Notes under the pieces: model-generated
What the model was told of the DNA's origin: nothing
What the model saw: only the letters and a program-made list of their open reading frames with translations
Databases searched by the model: none
Made by a program: the position numbers and the translations under genes
Shown here: in pieces, positions 11,668-23,558 of the stretch
Position numbering within the stretch: the first letter of the stretch is position 1
Layout of the letters: each line of letters begins with the position of its first letter
Origin: Podarcis gaigeae
Taxonomy: Eukaryota
Strand: one strand, 5' to 3'
DNA: 64,000 bases
Assembly (NCBI GenBank): GCA_964106915.2
Contig: OZ066915.1

Positions 11668-13150
11668 GGAGGTGGGTGGTGGAGCAGATCCCAGAGGCCT
11701 GTGTCCCTCTGTGGCCCCCATTGGGGCCTGCACTTGCCTCAGGGGCTCCTGTCGTCGTTTCCCCTGACTGTGTTTTTATAAAAGAAAAACTCAAGTGTAA
11801 AAAGGTTTTTTTTAAAAAAATAAATAAAATAAAATATGCCTGGTCTTGGAGGGGGAAGGCATGGCCTCCCCGTTCCCTCACTGCCACAGAGCCCAGGCTG
11901 GCCCTCTCCCTTCCCCTCCCCTGTAACCATGGCAACGAGGTTTCAGGGGAGGGTTTTTTTTTAAAAAAAGGAAGAAAATAAACTCTCTCTCTCTTTTTTG
12001 TATAAACACTGCATTTACTCCAAACGCTTTATTTTTTACAATGTATGCAATGTCAGAACCCCTGTCTTGCCACTCTTCTTCCTATGGGTCTTGAGCTGTG
12101 AGGAATGGAGAGGAAACTGTGCCCCTTGCTCCCCCCCTCTGCATGGCACTGTCTCTCGGGTCGAGCACCCACCTCCCCTCCCACCATGTTGGGGCGGGAT
12201 TCTGCTCACTGTATTTGTGTACTGGGTACGCAGCATTAGCCCAGACTGGCATTGCTATGCAGAGGGTCGAGCCCCAAACCTGCCCGCTGTCCTGCAGGAA
12301 ACTAAGCCCCATAGCCCCCCCCCCCCCAAACTTGGCACTTCTTCACATTCCAGGTTAATTTATTCATCTTAAATTCTACAGCATTCCCACCCTGTCCCCC
12401 ACAAAATCCCCCTTGACTTTCCAAATTGCTTCAGCTAACGCTAGCCATGGTCATGGGGATTTTTTCAGTCTCCAGAGTATTCTGAGCCACTCTTGTTTTC
12501 CCCTTTTATTATTATATTTTATTATTATTATTCCCGGCCTTTACTAACATTCCTCCCATCTGGTCCAAGGCCGCCTTCGGCCTACATCGGCAAGTTACAT
12601 TTTTTCCTGTACGACGAGTTCCTTGCCCCTGTGGTACTGCGTGGGAATCTTGGGGGCAGCCCCAGACACTAAAAAGAGTTTCACTCTGTCGTGAACGGTA
12701 CTGAGATAGAACACAAAATACTTCCTCTGCTTCTCCTCAAAAACATCTGGCCCCAGCAGCCAACTACCTACACTTTCCTCACTCCCTGACCCCCCCCCCC
12801 CTTGCACTCTGTACATTCCAGCTATCCCTGGCTGTAAATACTGCTGGTGGGAGCAGGTGCCCAGGCAGGACCTTGGTCCGGTGGTGACCGCTGCTTCCTT
12901 CCCCCCCCACCCCCTTCCCTTCCCATGCTCTGTAGCAATAGTGGGGGAATGGCCCTGCGCAAGTCAGACCTCTCTTGTCATAGAAGGACCATTTCTAGCT
13001 CATTTAAATAAACAAATAAAAAAACTTTTTTAAAAAAACAAATTAAAAAAAAATCCAGTGTAAACCAAGTAGCTTTAAAGCAGCTGGGTGCTTTGTGTAC
13101 AGAGCGGCTTGAGCCGCGGCATAATAAACATAGCTAATAAGGAAATCGCC
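11668..13150 (+). other. NOTCH3: NOTCH3 3' UTR (3' end approximate)
   Basis: Follows the stop codon; no recognisable TE; ends near the AATAAA cluster at 13007, 13015 and 13123. Confidence 0.7.
12345..12820 (+). promoter_or_regulatory. Cluster of miR-1/miR-206 seed matches in the NOTCH3 3' UTR
   Basis: ACATTCCA at 12345-12352 and 12813-12820, ACATTCC at 12547-12553, CATTCC at 12382-12387. Confidence 0.7.
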
Positions 13151-13180
13151 TCTGCTTCCTCTGTGTGTCTTTTCGTTTCG
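13123..13180 (+). terminator. Probable distal polyadenylation signal of NOTCH3
   Basis: AATAAA at 13123-13128 followed by a GU/U-rich tract (ctgtgtgtcttttcgtttcg) at 13161-13180. Confidence 0.6.
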
Positions 13181-13234
13181 TAGTTGCAAGTTCCGGCTGT
13201 CTAGCAAGCCACTACGTATTTACATACATCTATA

Positions 13235-13476
13235 CAGTGGTACCTCGGGTTAAGTACTTAATTCGTTCCGGAGGTCCGTTCTTAACCTGAAAATGTTCTT
13301 AACCTGAAGCACCACTTTAGCTAATGGGGCCTCCCGCTGCTGCCGCGCCGCCGGAGCACAATTTCTGTTCTCATCCTGAAGCAAAGTTCTAAACCCGAGG
13401 TACTATTTCTGGGTTAGTGGAGACTGTAACCTGAAGAGTATGTAACCTGAAGCGTCTGTAACCCGAGGTACCACTG
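13235..13476. mobile_element. Tc1/mariner (Tigger-like) MITE, family A, full length
   Basis: 18-bp perfect TIR cagtggtacctcgggtta; TA on both sides. Confidence 0.92.
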
Positions 13477-13544
13477 TAGTCTACTATAAATAGATTCAAT
13501 AGGTTTTGTCTTGTTGTCCTTCCATTCTGGGACACTATGGAATA

Positions 13545-13795
13545 CAGTCGTACCTTGGTTCTCGAACGCCTTGTGACTCAAACGTTTTGGCTCCTGAACG
13601 CCACAAACCTGGACATGAGTGTTCCAGTTTGCAAACATTCTTTGGAACCCGAACGTCCGATGCGGCTTCCGCAGCTTCCGATTGAGTGCAGGAAGCTCTT
13701 GCAGCCAATTGGAAGCCGCACCTTGCTTTCCGAACATTTTCAGAAGTCAAACAGACTTCTGGAATGGATTCTGTTTGAGAACCAAGGTACGACTA
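13545..13795. mobile_element. Tc1/mariner (Tigger-like) MITE, family B
   Basis: TIR cagtcgtaccttggttctc / gagaaccaaggtacgacta; TA flanks. Confidence 0.88.
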
Positions 13796-14088
13796 TACCA
13801 TCAAAGGTTCTTCCACTACCACCCTTTCAAATGCCTGCTCTCTGTGACTTCTCCAGCATTGTAGCATTTGAAAGAGGGTTGCTGGCTCTCAAGAGCGTTG
13901 CGGTGACCGATGTGCTTAGAAGCACAGGTCCATAGGCTTTCAATTATTGGATTTTGAACTTTCTGCCGTAAGGGGATCCTTTTGACGTTCATTATTGTGC
14001 CACAGAAATACGGAACTGTTTTAGGGCTCACCCTTGATTCGATATGGGGCACTGGCCATGTCTTTTGAGCTTCACTATTGCTGCACAT

Positions 14089-14450
14089 GGGACGCAGTTG
14101 GTGCTGTGGTTAAAACCTCAGTGCCTAGGACTTGCTGATCGTAAGGTCGGCGGTTCGAATCCCCGCGGCGGGGTGAGCTCCCGTCGTTCGGTCCCAGCTC
14201 CTGCCCACCTAGCAGTTCGAAAGCACCCCTAAGTGCAAGTAGATAAATAGGTACTGCTTTATAGCGGGAAGGTAAACGGCGTTTCCGTGTGTGGCGCTGG
14301 TGCTGGCTCGCCAGAGCAGCTTCGTCACGCTGGCCACGTGACCCGGAAGTGTCTTTGGACGGTGCCAGCTCCCGGCCTCTTGAGTGAGATGAGCGCGCAA
14401 CCCTAGAGTCCGTCACGACTGGCCCGTAGGGCAGGGGTACCTTTACCTTT
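14089..14450 (+). mobile_element. Sauria SINE, full length
   Basis: tRNA-like head with B box GGTTCGAATCC (14152-14162), (ACCTTT)n tail, 12-bp TSD attgctgcacat at 14077-14088 and 14451-14462. Confidence 0.92.
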
Positions 14451-15794
14451 ATTGCTGCACATGAATTGAGGACACACACAATGCTTCCTGGCAGCTGCAC
14501 ATTGTAGGAGCAAGTGGCTAAATGGTCTTTCAGTGAATCATCTAATGGAAGAACCTCTGATAAGCCCCACAGTTTTAGCAAATCAAACAGACTTTTTACA
14601 AGCAGAAATGCCTTTAAAAAGGTTACGCTGCCATCACAACAGAGAAAAATAAATACATACTTTCCTCGCAAACTTCCATTTCTTTAGCAGGGTTTTGATG
14701 CTTTTTCTTGCCTCGGATTTCACCTGAGGTTTTTGTTTCCTGAGTCATCGAAGCAATATGACATCACAGCATTCCAAACATGATTTGCAAATGAACAATC
14801 AATGGTGTTCTGTTTGGTTTCCCCAGAGCGTGGGCGGGAAATCTATTGCTTCCTAAACTGAAGCTGGCTTGCGCTTGCAAGTTGCCAGGATTAATCTTAA
14901 TCTATGTGCATGTAATGCCTTCTCATCTGTGGCAGCACATTGCAGAGACAGGAACTGATACAACCTTGGAAGTTTCATTGCTAAAAATATCTGTTGAAAA
15001 GAAGTTGGAATGCATTACTTTGATTTCCCACAAAGAAAGCAGTCTATGGACAGAAACATGCCTTAACCAGAGAAATCTAACCTTGTGGTGTGTTTGGGTA
15101 TGGTGGGAAGTTCCAGTTTTTCCCATGCAAGCATATTGAACACTTCTGAAGAAGGAGCACAGAGTGAAATACCCAACAGAAGCAGCAAGCAGCAGATAGT
15201 GGACACAGGAATCAACAACCATATATGAAACATTGTCATTTCTTGGGGGTAAATCTTGAGCTGTTTCATAGACACTGAAAAAGCTGCCCCTTGAATAGCT
15301 AATACAGTAAGAAGATTTAAGAACTCACCTTCCTGAGATCATATTTTAATACAGTACTTCATCCAATAAAGGATGTGACTGACTAACAATATAACTCCGC
15401 TGTCCAGAGTGGCTGGGGAAACCCAGCTAGATGGGCAGGGTAGAAATAATAAATTATTATTGTTAAAATTATTATTATATCTCCCAGGAATGTCTAGGAA
15501 ACTGCCTTGAGAAGGCATGGTTCATTTTTACTTTAGATTGGCAAGTATCATCAAGCTCCACAAGGCCTGCAATATTCTACCTCCCCATTAGGCCCCCTAA
15601 TATGTAGTCTGTGTAGTCTTTTCCTCTTTTTTTAACATTTCTAGTCTTATTGCTATAGCAGTTGCTCACCACTGTGTGGCAGCAGAGATGGTAAAGCTGC
15701 CAACTTGTGCTGGGCTGTTCTAAGGGACTGCGTTTTCTATTACGAGTTTATTGCGCACATAAATAAAATACAAATAGTAGTATCCTTTAATAAT

Positions 15795-16122
15795 TTAGAG
15801 TTTCCTGGCACCTTAAGAGCAAACAAATTTATTGGGCTTCAGATTTTTGTGAGTGTGAACCCATTTTATCAGACCTGTGAAGAAGTGAGTAGGTTCAGCC
15901 TCCCCCCCCACACACACCATTGAGACATTTTGGGCTACAACTTCCATAAAACACTGTCCTGTTTGGTTATAAAGAAAGGGAGCCACTTATGCGACCACTT
16001 CACTTCCCTGCTCAAATGGCTCTTGCCCACAGACGTTTATGCCACAATAAATTTGTTAGGTCTTTAAAGTATCCCAAGGTTCTGGTCTTGTTTTGCTGCG
16101 ACAGCCAAATATGGCCTCTGAA
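15795..16122. mobile_element. Old Penelope-like element: two inverted terminal fragments
   Basis: Minus-strand ctgataaaatgggttcacactcacaaaaatct..aataaatttgtttgctcttaaggtgccagg faces a plus-strand copy aataaatttgttaggtctttaaagtatcccaagg. Confidence 0.5.
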
Positions 16123-17399
16123 AACCAAAGTTTTGCAGCCCAGAATCAGTGAAAATGTAAAAGATCCTGCATACAGGAAATTGCCTATAGGAACCAAGTG
16201 GTGGTATTACGAATTGCAGCTGGGAAGCTACCACTGAAAAAATGAAGGTGTTAAGTGTGACGAGCCTGATTTAAATCACTTCACAGGGTGGGCCTGCACA
16301 CAGAATAATTTTCACTGGGCCACCATAACGTAAGCTATATAGTTTGTGGCGACACAGTGAGAGTCACTCCTTCCACTATCAGGTGTTGACGTCAGATGCT
16401 TTCTGAGGGCCATGCTTCAGCTAGAGGCCCACTGCCACCCCTTGAACCCCCTGGCCCTGATCTTCCTCTTCCTTGCTCTGCTACTGCCTGTTCACCTGCC
16501 CGCTTGGAGTGAGCAAAAAGGGACTAGTCTGCTTGCTAGTGCACCTCCTGATAGCTGTGCAGGCTGCGCCCAGATAAATAGGGCAAGCAAAATGGGTGGC
16601 AGTGACAGTCGTAAAGGGGTGGTGGGTCCACTAAGACCATCTTGCTCAAGGCCCTCTCAAAAAATGACTGCTATGAATGAGCAGCTCCCCAGAGGAAAGT
16701 GTCGCCTTGAATACAATCCTTAGTTTCCGTCTTTTGCTACAGGCAAGATGGTCTTTTAGATGCAGCCACCAGTATTGCTTTAGGCTGGCCATGTTCTTGC
16801 TGATTTCGGCAGGTGTGATGGAGGTTTTCAGGCAAGGAACTAACCTACACACTGGGAACTGTGATAGTTTTCTTGACCAATAGCTTTTGTTGGTGGGGGA
16901 GATAAGTGGAGAGACGGGGGGCGGGGCACTGAACTATTCTATCTTTAGCTAATAACTAGGATATTCCTTCTGTTCCTTTTTTTTTTTTAAGCACAGTACA
17001 AGAAAACAAGGGGAAACATGCAAGTCTGGTGTACACGGGTGCATCAAAAATTAAAGTCTTGGGTCCATCTAATCCTATGCCCGTTTGCTTAAGAGTAAGC
17101 CTTGTTTATCTCAATGAAACTATTGAGTCAACATGCACAGAAACAGATTGCAAAACCCACAAGAACCACTAGGTGGAGGTTGTTGTAAATCTCCCAGCCT
17201 GATGAGTCGCCTTGTAGTGAAATGCTACTTTCCAGGTTGTTGAGAATTTCCTTAACCACCTGGATTGGGTTGTTTTCTTCACATCACTGCAGGGCTCCTC
17301 TATGAAAGGATGTGCTGTGATGTGGATATTTCATGAACTAAGGATTAGTTACTAAGAATAACAAAGGATTCTATTGGTTCTAGGATACTAAGTTAACTA

Positions 17400-17532
17400 A
17401 GGATAAGGTAGACTCTCCTTCATTGGAGAGACATTGGCCAGCCTTCTGTCAAGATTTCTTTAGGTGTGATTCCTGCATTGCACAGAGTGAAGTAGATGGC
17501 CCTTGGGTCCCTTCCAACTCTACAGTTCTACT
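17400..17532 (+). mobile_element. CR1 LINE 3' end fragment
   Basis: gattcctgcattgca...tagatggcccttgggtcccttccaactctacagttcta. Confidence 0.7.
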
Positions 17533-17894
17533 ATTCCGCCGCACATTGGAAGAATATAAGGCAATGCCTGACTGCATGGTGACAGCTGTCCTGGGGAATG
17601 CTTTAAGGAGGCTTTAAGGTGGCCCCTGACTTCCTTCCCATTTATGTATTCATATTCTACACTGTTGATCGTCACCAGAGATAGACAAAGTAAATCTCAG
17701 TTGGGTGTGTTGATCTCTTAATATCCTGTCACATCGGATCTTATTTTTATTTTATGTAGAAGCATTTACAGATCACAACATTCTCGAAATGGTGTCCAGT
17801 ATATGTCTCTAAGTGGCATACATACCTCTTAGGGTGATTCTAACATCCAAAGATAAGTGCCTATATTAGGTGAAGTCTGAGTCCAGGTCTAAGG

Positions 17895-18030
17895 AACAAA
17901 TGAAGTAAGACTTCATGCATTGAATTAAGCCGTGAAAGCTGACGTCATAATAAACTTGTTATTATTTAAAGTGCCACAAGACCCTGTTATTTTTGCTGCA
18001 AGAGACAGCACAGCTACCACTATGGAATAT
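17895..18030 (+). mobile_element. Old Penelope-like terminal fragment
   Basis: gaaagctgacgtcataataaacttgttattatttaaagtgccacaagacc; same family as the fragments near 16026, 23000 and 62560. Confidence 0.5.
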
Positions 18031-18295
18031 GTTTCTGTTACTGATGGCAGTCAAAGACCAGCAGGGAGACCTTTCCCCCACACCTCTACCTGCAGATAGC
18101 AATGAGGCAAAATTCTAGTAGGATACCCTCTAGCACAGTATTCTTCAAACCTTGGATTCCTACATGCTGTTGAGCTAGAACTCCCATCATCCCTGACCAT
18201 TGGCTAAGCTGGTTGAGGATGATGGAGTACAATGCCATCAAGGTGGAAGAGCAGTGCTGCAGAAGCATCCCTCCCCCCAAGGTTCAACCTGTCTG

Positions 18296-18296
<1 letters not shown>

Positions 18297-18328
<32 letters not shown>
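18297..18328. repeat. (CA)n microsatellite
   Basis: Read directly; other GT tracts at about 23827-23851 and 25290-25319. Confidence 0.9.
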
Positions 18329-18330
<2 letters not shown>

Positions 18331-21300
18331 CCCTGTGCTGGAATAAGAGCCTTCTGTTGATGCCCTCAGAAGACTGTTCTCAAGCCTAAATGCCCTGGAG
18401 AGGGGGAAAGGGGAAGCTATTGGCAGGATGGGGAGATCCCTGGGTCAGCAGTTCCCTACTCTAGCTCTGCATTGCCTTGAAATCAGAGGTGTGTGTCTTT
18501 GTGTGTCAAAATCTATTCACTGGGCTCTGTTCTACTAGCTAGAGAGAGTACCTGCAGCCCTCAACTAGACTTTCCCATCCCTATGCTTTCCCTGCTCACA
18601 GAGCTTTAATTGGACATGTCTGGGCCACTTAATCCTCTTACTTTCTAGACCAGGGCGTGCACATCACATGGTTGGTACAAAGTCTCTGGGGAATGTGAAC
18701 CCCATGCCAGGGGATTAACCTTTTCTGGCCCCAGCAGATTGCATGCCTCCAGGGGACTCCATGTGCAAATTCAGAAGGGCAAGGTAATGCAAAGCCCTCT
18801 CTTCCTCCTAGAATTGGCTGAGCCCAGTGGGGTGGATGGGCAGACCTAAGTTAGGGTCCTGGGACAGATGCCAATCACAACTTTGCAACCATATAATGCC
18901 AGCATGCCCCCCTCCATATGGTAATGCTGCTGCGGCTGTAGCAGCTAAGGACTGAGCAGGCACAATGAAGGATGCTTTTAAAATTATTTTTTGAGTGTTT
19001 GCATTGCAGGTCATCTAAGGATGCTGGATGGGGCCATGCCTCTGCAGTACCACCCTATTGGACAGCAGTGACATACCTCCAGAATCTGGCTGTTGGGAGG
19101 TGCAGAAGGAGAAGGAGCAGGCAGGAGGCCCCCAGGAGACAGGTTTCAGGAATCAAGCCAAGGGTGTGCCAACATGCATATCTGGGATGGGATAAATGCC
19201 AGAAGCCAGGACCTGCTGGGGCCTGCATTGCTCTGGCGCCTGCACTAGGGATGTGCCTGAAAGTGCCAGGGTGGAGTCAGACCGCACGTGTTGGCAAGTG
19301 TGCCATGTGGTAAAAAGCATTCCTGATCACAGCAGTGTTGCCAGGAGCCTTCATTTTAAGGGGTGCATTTCTTCAGAATCTCCATTGAGCTCATGTGGCA
19401 GAGACCCAGGGCAGCAGAGCTGCGCACTGAGCCCCATTTCCCGACTCAGGAAATAGCTTTGCATGTGGATCAGGGCCCTTCTCCAGAGCATGTTGTGTAA
19501 GACAGGATTGGAACATGTGCAAAGCAACAGTGGGCTTCCTAATGGACACGTCGGTCAACTGAAAACACATTTAGGCTGTGGTTTCTCTTTGCTGGCACCT
19601 AGCTGGCTGAACTTTGTCTAGATTTCAAGTCAGTTTTCAAAATTCTGCTCAGGTGTGCTCTAGAACGCAGGTAGACAATGTAGTCCCCCCAATACCCATT
19701 CAACTCTCATCAGCCCCAACCAATGCAGCCAGTAGTCAGGGATAGTGGGAGCTGCACTCCATAAACATCTTCCAGGCTACACTGCTAGACTCTACCCCGA
19801 GTCTAAAGGAAGCTGGAAAAACAACAACTGTGCTTGTGAGCCGTCTATTTATGTGGGAGGTTAATACCAGAGAAGGGGATTTGTGTGTGACCATGATAAT
19901 TAGAAAAAAATATTTCGTGTTTTACTGAATGCACAAAAGGGAATCAGCTATGAATCAGAGTGGGGAGAAGAAGGAGGAACTGGTATATGCTCAATCCTTC
20001 TTCCCTCCTCTCCTACACACAGTCAGTTCATGGATGGAACATTGGGGGGGGGGGGAGAGGTTGTCCCTGGAGCAGCTTCTGCCCAACATGTCTCCTACAG
20101 ACATTAGGAAGCAAGGAAGAGAAAAACCCAAAGAGGAGGGGATCCCACCCTGTCCCATTTCTGAATATGCAGAAATGGAAGGAAGAAGATTATCCAGAGT
20201 TTGTGATGTCAATCAATCAATATCACAGGTGCAGGTTTGTAAAAAGGAGGAGGAGAAGAAGAAGAAGTTAGGGTAGTGTATGTTAACAGCTTTCCATTCT
20301 TCATACCACTTAGGGTTGAGTTAGAGAAATCTATTTCTTCCCTCATAACAATCTGATTTAGAACACCTTTAGTATTAAAGCTTTCAAGAAACAAAACATT
20401 TTCTTCTGTTTGAAATTTCTCTTGGGAAGGCTGACCAGGAAACTGGGAAATTTCCCAGAACAAATGAGGACACTGAAAAATGACTAGAAAGATGGAAAAG
20501 TTGAAGGAGAGAGAGAAGGGGAGAGGGAAAGTTTTTTGCTGTCTCCATGATGGCAAATAAATCCACATATTGAGAGAGGGAACATACTCCCACTGATCAC
20601 TCCCCCCAATTGGAGATTTGTACTTTTCTTAAACGGGAACTTAATCACATTAAACAAATGTAGGTCATGTTCATCTCAGACTAGTTCTGGGCTCAGTGGG
20701 TCAGTGGAACTCAAGCCAGACAAGAGTGACATATTCACTAAAATAATTTTAATCAGCTTAAAATCAGCTTTTTAAAAAAATCAGCACTGGGTGGGTGGTA
20801 TCCCAGAAGACAGAACAAGTTTAAAAGATGGAACCAAGTTGACTTTTATTTATTTTTTAAGAAACACAAAGGGATCAGTTAATGTCATTGTTTATTGGGA
20901 GGCTGGTTCCATCCTGCCCCTGCATCTTTTATTTCCTACACTGGAGTTTTACCTGTGCTTATTTCAGGACACTTTAGCCCTGGGATTCTTTCCCTTCTTC
21001 TTTTGAAAGAAATACCGTAAGATGGTACAAGAAATGGTTAACTGCAGCTGAAGCTGTAAGGCGCTAGTGTGCTTCTCTTCTCCTGAAATGAGTGCAGACC
21101 AAGTTCAGGACCAACATGGCTTGTGATGAGGAGTCACCCTGAACAGGCCCATACAGTCATCAAAACAGCCCCTGCACAGATGGATCCTTTTAAGACCCTA
21201 TGTTTCAAGCAAGAACTGTTGCGCTGTCGCTTTTCTGCTTGAACTGCTCAGACAGCGTTGACCTTCTCTGTCTTTATTCATGTGCTAAGCAGGGCTATGC

Positions 21301-22524
21301 ATTAAACATGAATTAAGACACTTCTCTGTCCTCGAGTCCAGAACACAAGGAAAACAGCAGCGCAGCTAGGCTTTCCACGCCGCCTGCAAATACCACGCCC
21401 AGCCAAAGATCTCGCCCACCCATCCTCTCCTCTTCCTGCCACCCCTTTTCAATCAGCTGTGAGAGGCACATCTGTTTGCTATTCCCTAGCCATGCAGGCC
21501 CTCAGCTGCTCCCACAGAAATGTAATTTGGGTGTGTTGCATTAATGATACATACGGTTGTAAGAGTGTCCTGGGAAGTCGTCATAGCAGAGATGCATGAT
21601 GGTTGGCAGATGTGCTGAACTGGAGGGAAAGCACTGGGAGTGTGTGCAAGAAATGGAAACCTCCTTTCTTAGCTGAGCTATGGAAACCGCCGCTGCATTT
21701 CAGCTTCTGCGGGAAGCTTGGTTTAAGGGGCTGCGGCTTGTGGAAAAGTCTGGACACAGATGCATGTGGTCATTTTGTCAATGAATGCCCCCCCCCCCGT
21801 TAACCTTCCTTTTCATAGCATATATTCATTAATACACACCCTTTCAATTTATTTTTAAACATTGTTTATGTGTTTGTTACTATGTGGCATCAGCTTCTTC
21901 CCAACCTCCAGCGTAAGCTAAATAAGTCTCTCTCTCGCTCACACTCAAGCGCTGCACATCATGCAAGCCAATTTTGTGTCTCTTAGTCCTTCCTTCTAAG
22001 CTGGCCTGAGTGAGCTCTGCTTGCGCCTTCTCTTTAGGCATCAGAAAAGCAACATCAAGCCTTCTAAGCAACAAGCAATTGCTCTTGATCTGCAGCCAGC
22101 ACTGTTTCGTCTCCTTTGTAACAGCAGAGAGAAAGCTCCAAGAGGCAAGCCCCTTCCATTGGGGATCTGTCCAAAATATGATGTGTTCCTTGGAGCCATG
22201 AATACAACTAGTTTGAGACCACCAAACCATTGCACCAACCAGCTTCAAAGAAGGATTTTTTTTAAAAAAAAGTTTCAAAGCAACAATTGTTTGGGGAGTA
22301 TCTTTTTACCCTACTTGTTTATGCTTCCTCTTTCCTGGGCCATTTTTTTAAACTATGAATTTTGGTTATACATTTCAATAGTTTTACAATCATTTTAACA
22401 TTTCAAAACTCGACTTCCTTTCTCCTCTTTCTGTGGCTCCTTTTTTTATATATTTCCTGCATATTCTACAGTAACTTACTATTTTATTCATCTACTTTAA
22501 ATATAATGAAACTGCAGGTTATCG

Positions 22525-22765
22525 CAGTAGTACCTTGGTTTAAGAACAGTCCTGTTTAAGAACAATTCTGTTTACGAACTCCACAAAACTGGAAGTAGTG
22601 TCCCGGTTTGAGAACTTTACCTCGGTCTAAGAACAAAATCCAAACGGTGGAAGGGCACTGGCAGCAAAAGACCTCATTAGGGAAAGCGCACCTTGGTTTA
22701 AGAACGGTTTTGGTTTAAGAACAGACTTGCGGAACATATTAAGTTCGTAAACCGAGGTACCACTG
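22525..22765. mobile_element. Tc1/mariner (Tigger-like) MITE related to family A, opposite orientation
   Basis: cagtagtaccttggttta ... taaaccgaggtaccactg+TA. Confidence 0.85.
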
Positions 22766-23372
22766 TACAATAATCCTGCCATTATGCCGTACTGTTTCTC
22801 TCTTCTATCCCAGCCCTCCAATGTAAAACACAGTTTCTTTCCTACCCAAGTCTACCTACAGGATGGGAGGCACCCCAGCTTAGAGGGTCATCCATCAGGA
22901 ATGTCCAGGCTTGCAACGTGACTCTCCCACCCCACCCCTGGAACAAAAGAAGAAACCTCTTTGCACCTCAACAACAAAGTGCCTGTTAGGATAACTTGTC
23001 TCCGATGACGTGCACTCTAGCCCATGAAAGTTTTATGACATAATAAATTTGTTAGGGTTATGCAAAATGCGTTGCTCATAAAGGCTTTTCGAAATATTTC
23101 AAGCACCAACTTAGGCCTCTCCCAAGGTTCCGTTAGCAGAACACAAAGGGAGTACATTTTGGGCAGCTCCTCTTCCTTCGTTTCATCTGCTCCTGGGGGA
23201 TGGGGAGATCCCTGAGCAGATTCAGGGGAAGCACAGGGACTATAGGGTGGGGTGGGGGTGGATTGCTGCAACCATTGGACGCAACAGTAGGCTGCAATTC
23301 ACTTGGAAGAAATCAGCCTTGCACTATATTGAATATTTCATCAGGGCCAGCTTTAAAATTTTCCAGACAGAA

Positions 23373-23558
23373 TAGGGTTGCTATACGTCCGGGAAATCCC
23401 TGACATGTCCTATGGGGGGATTTTTACAATTGTAAGCAAATGTCCGGGTTTGAGGGGGGTTCAGGATTGGGCTCTGGTGCAGGCAGCTCTGGCTCTGTTT
23501 CAGGCTCAGTGGTAGCCCCCCAAAAAGCTCAACAACCTCTGGATATAAGGCAACCCTA
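23373..23558. mobile_element. hAT-type MITE
   Basis: TIR tagggttgc / gcaacccta; imperfect 8-bp TSD agacagaa / agatagag. Confidence 0.7.

Noticed and set aside
12640-12647. CGTGGGAA RBPJ site, plus scattered GTGGGAA in introns, as Notch autoregulation
   Set aside because: Short motif, unpaired, with no conservation evidence available.
17199-17230. CTGATGAG...GAAA hammerhead-like string
   Set aside because: No convincing stem II or stem I; expected by chance.
22257-22880. Possible minus-strand L1 3' end around the MITE (similar AT-rich tracts near 1600-1830, 6040-6440 and 20270-20560)
   Set aside because: Composition is suggestive, but I could not read a diagnostic motif or boundaries.
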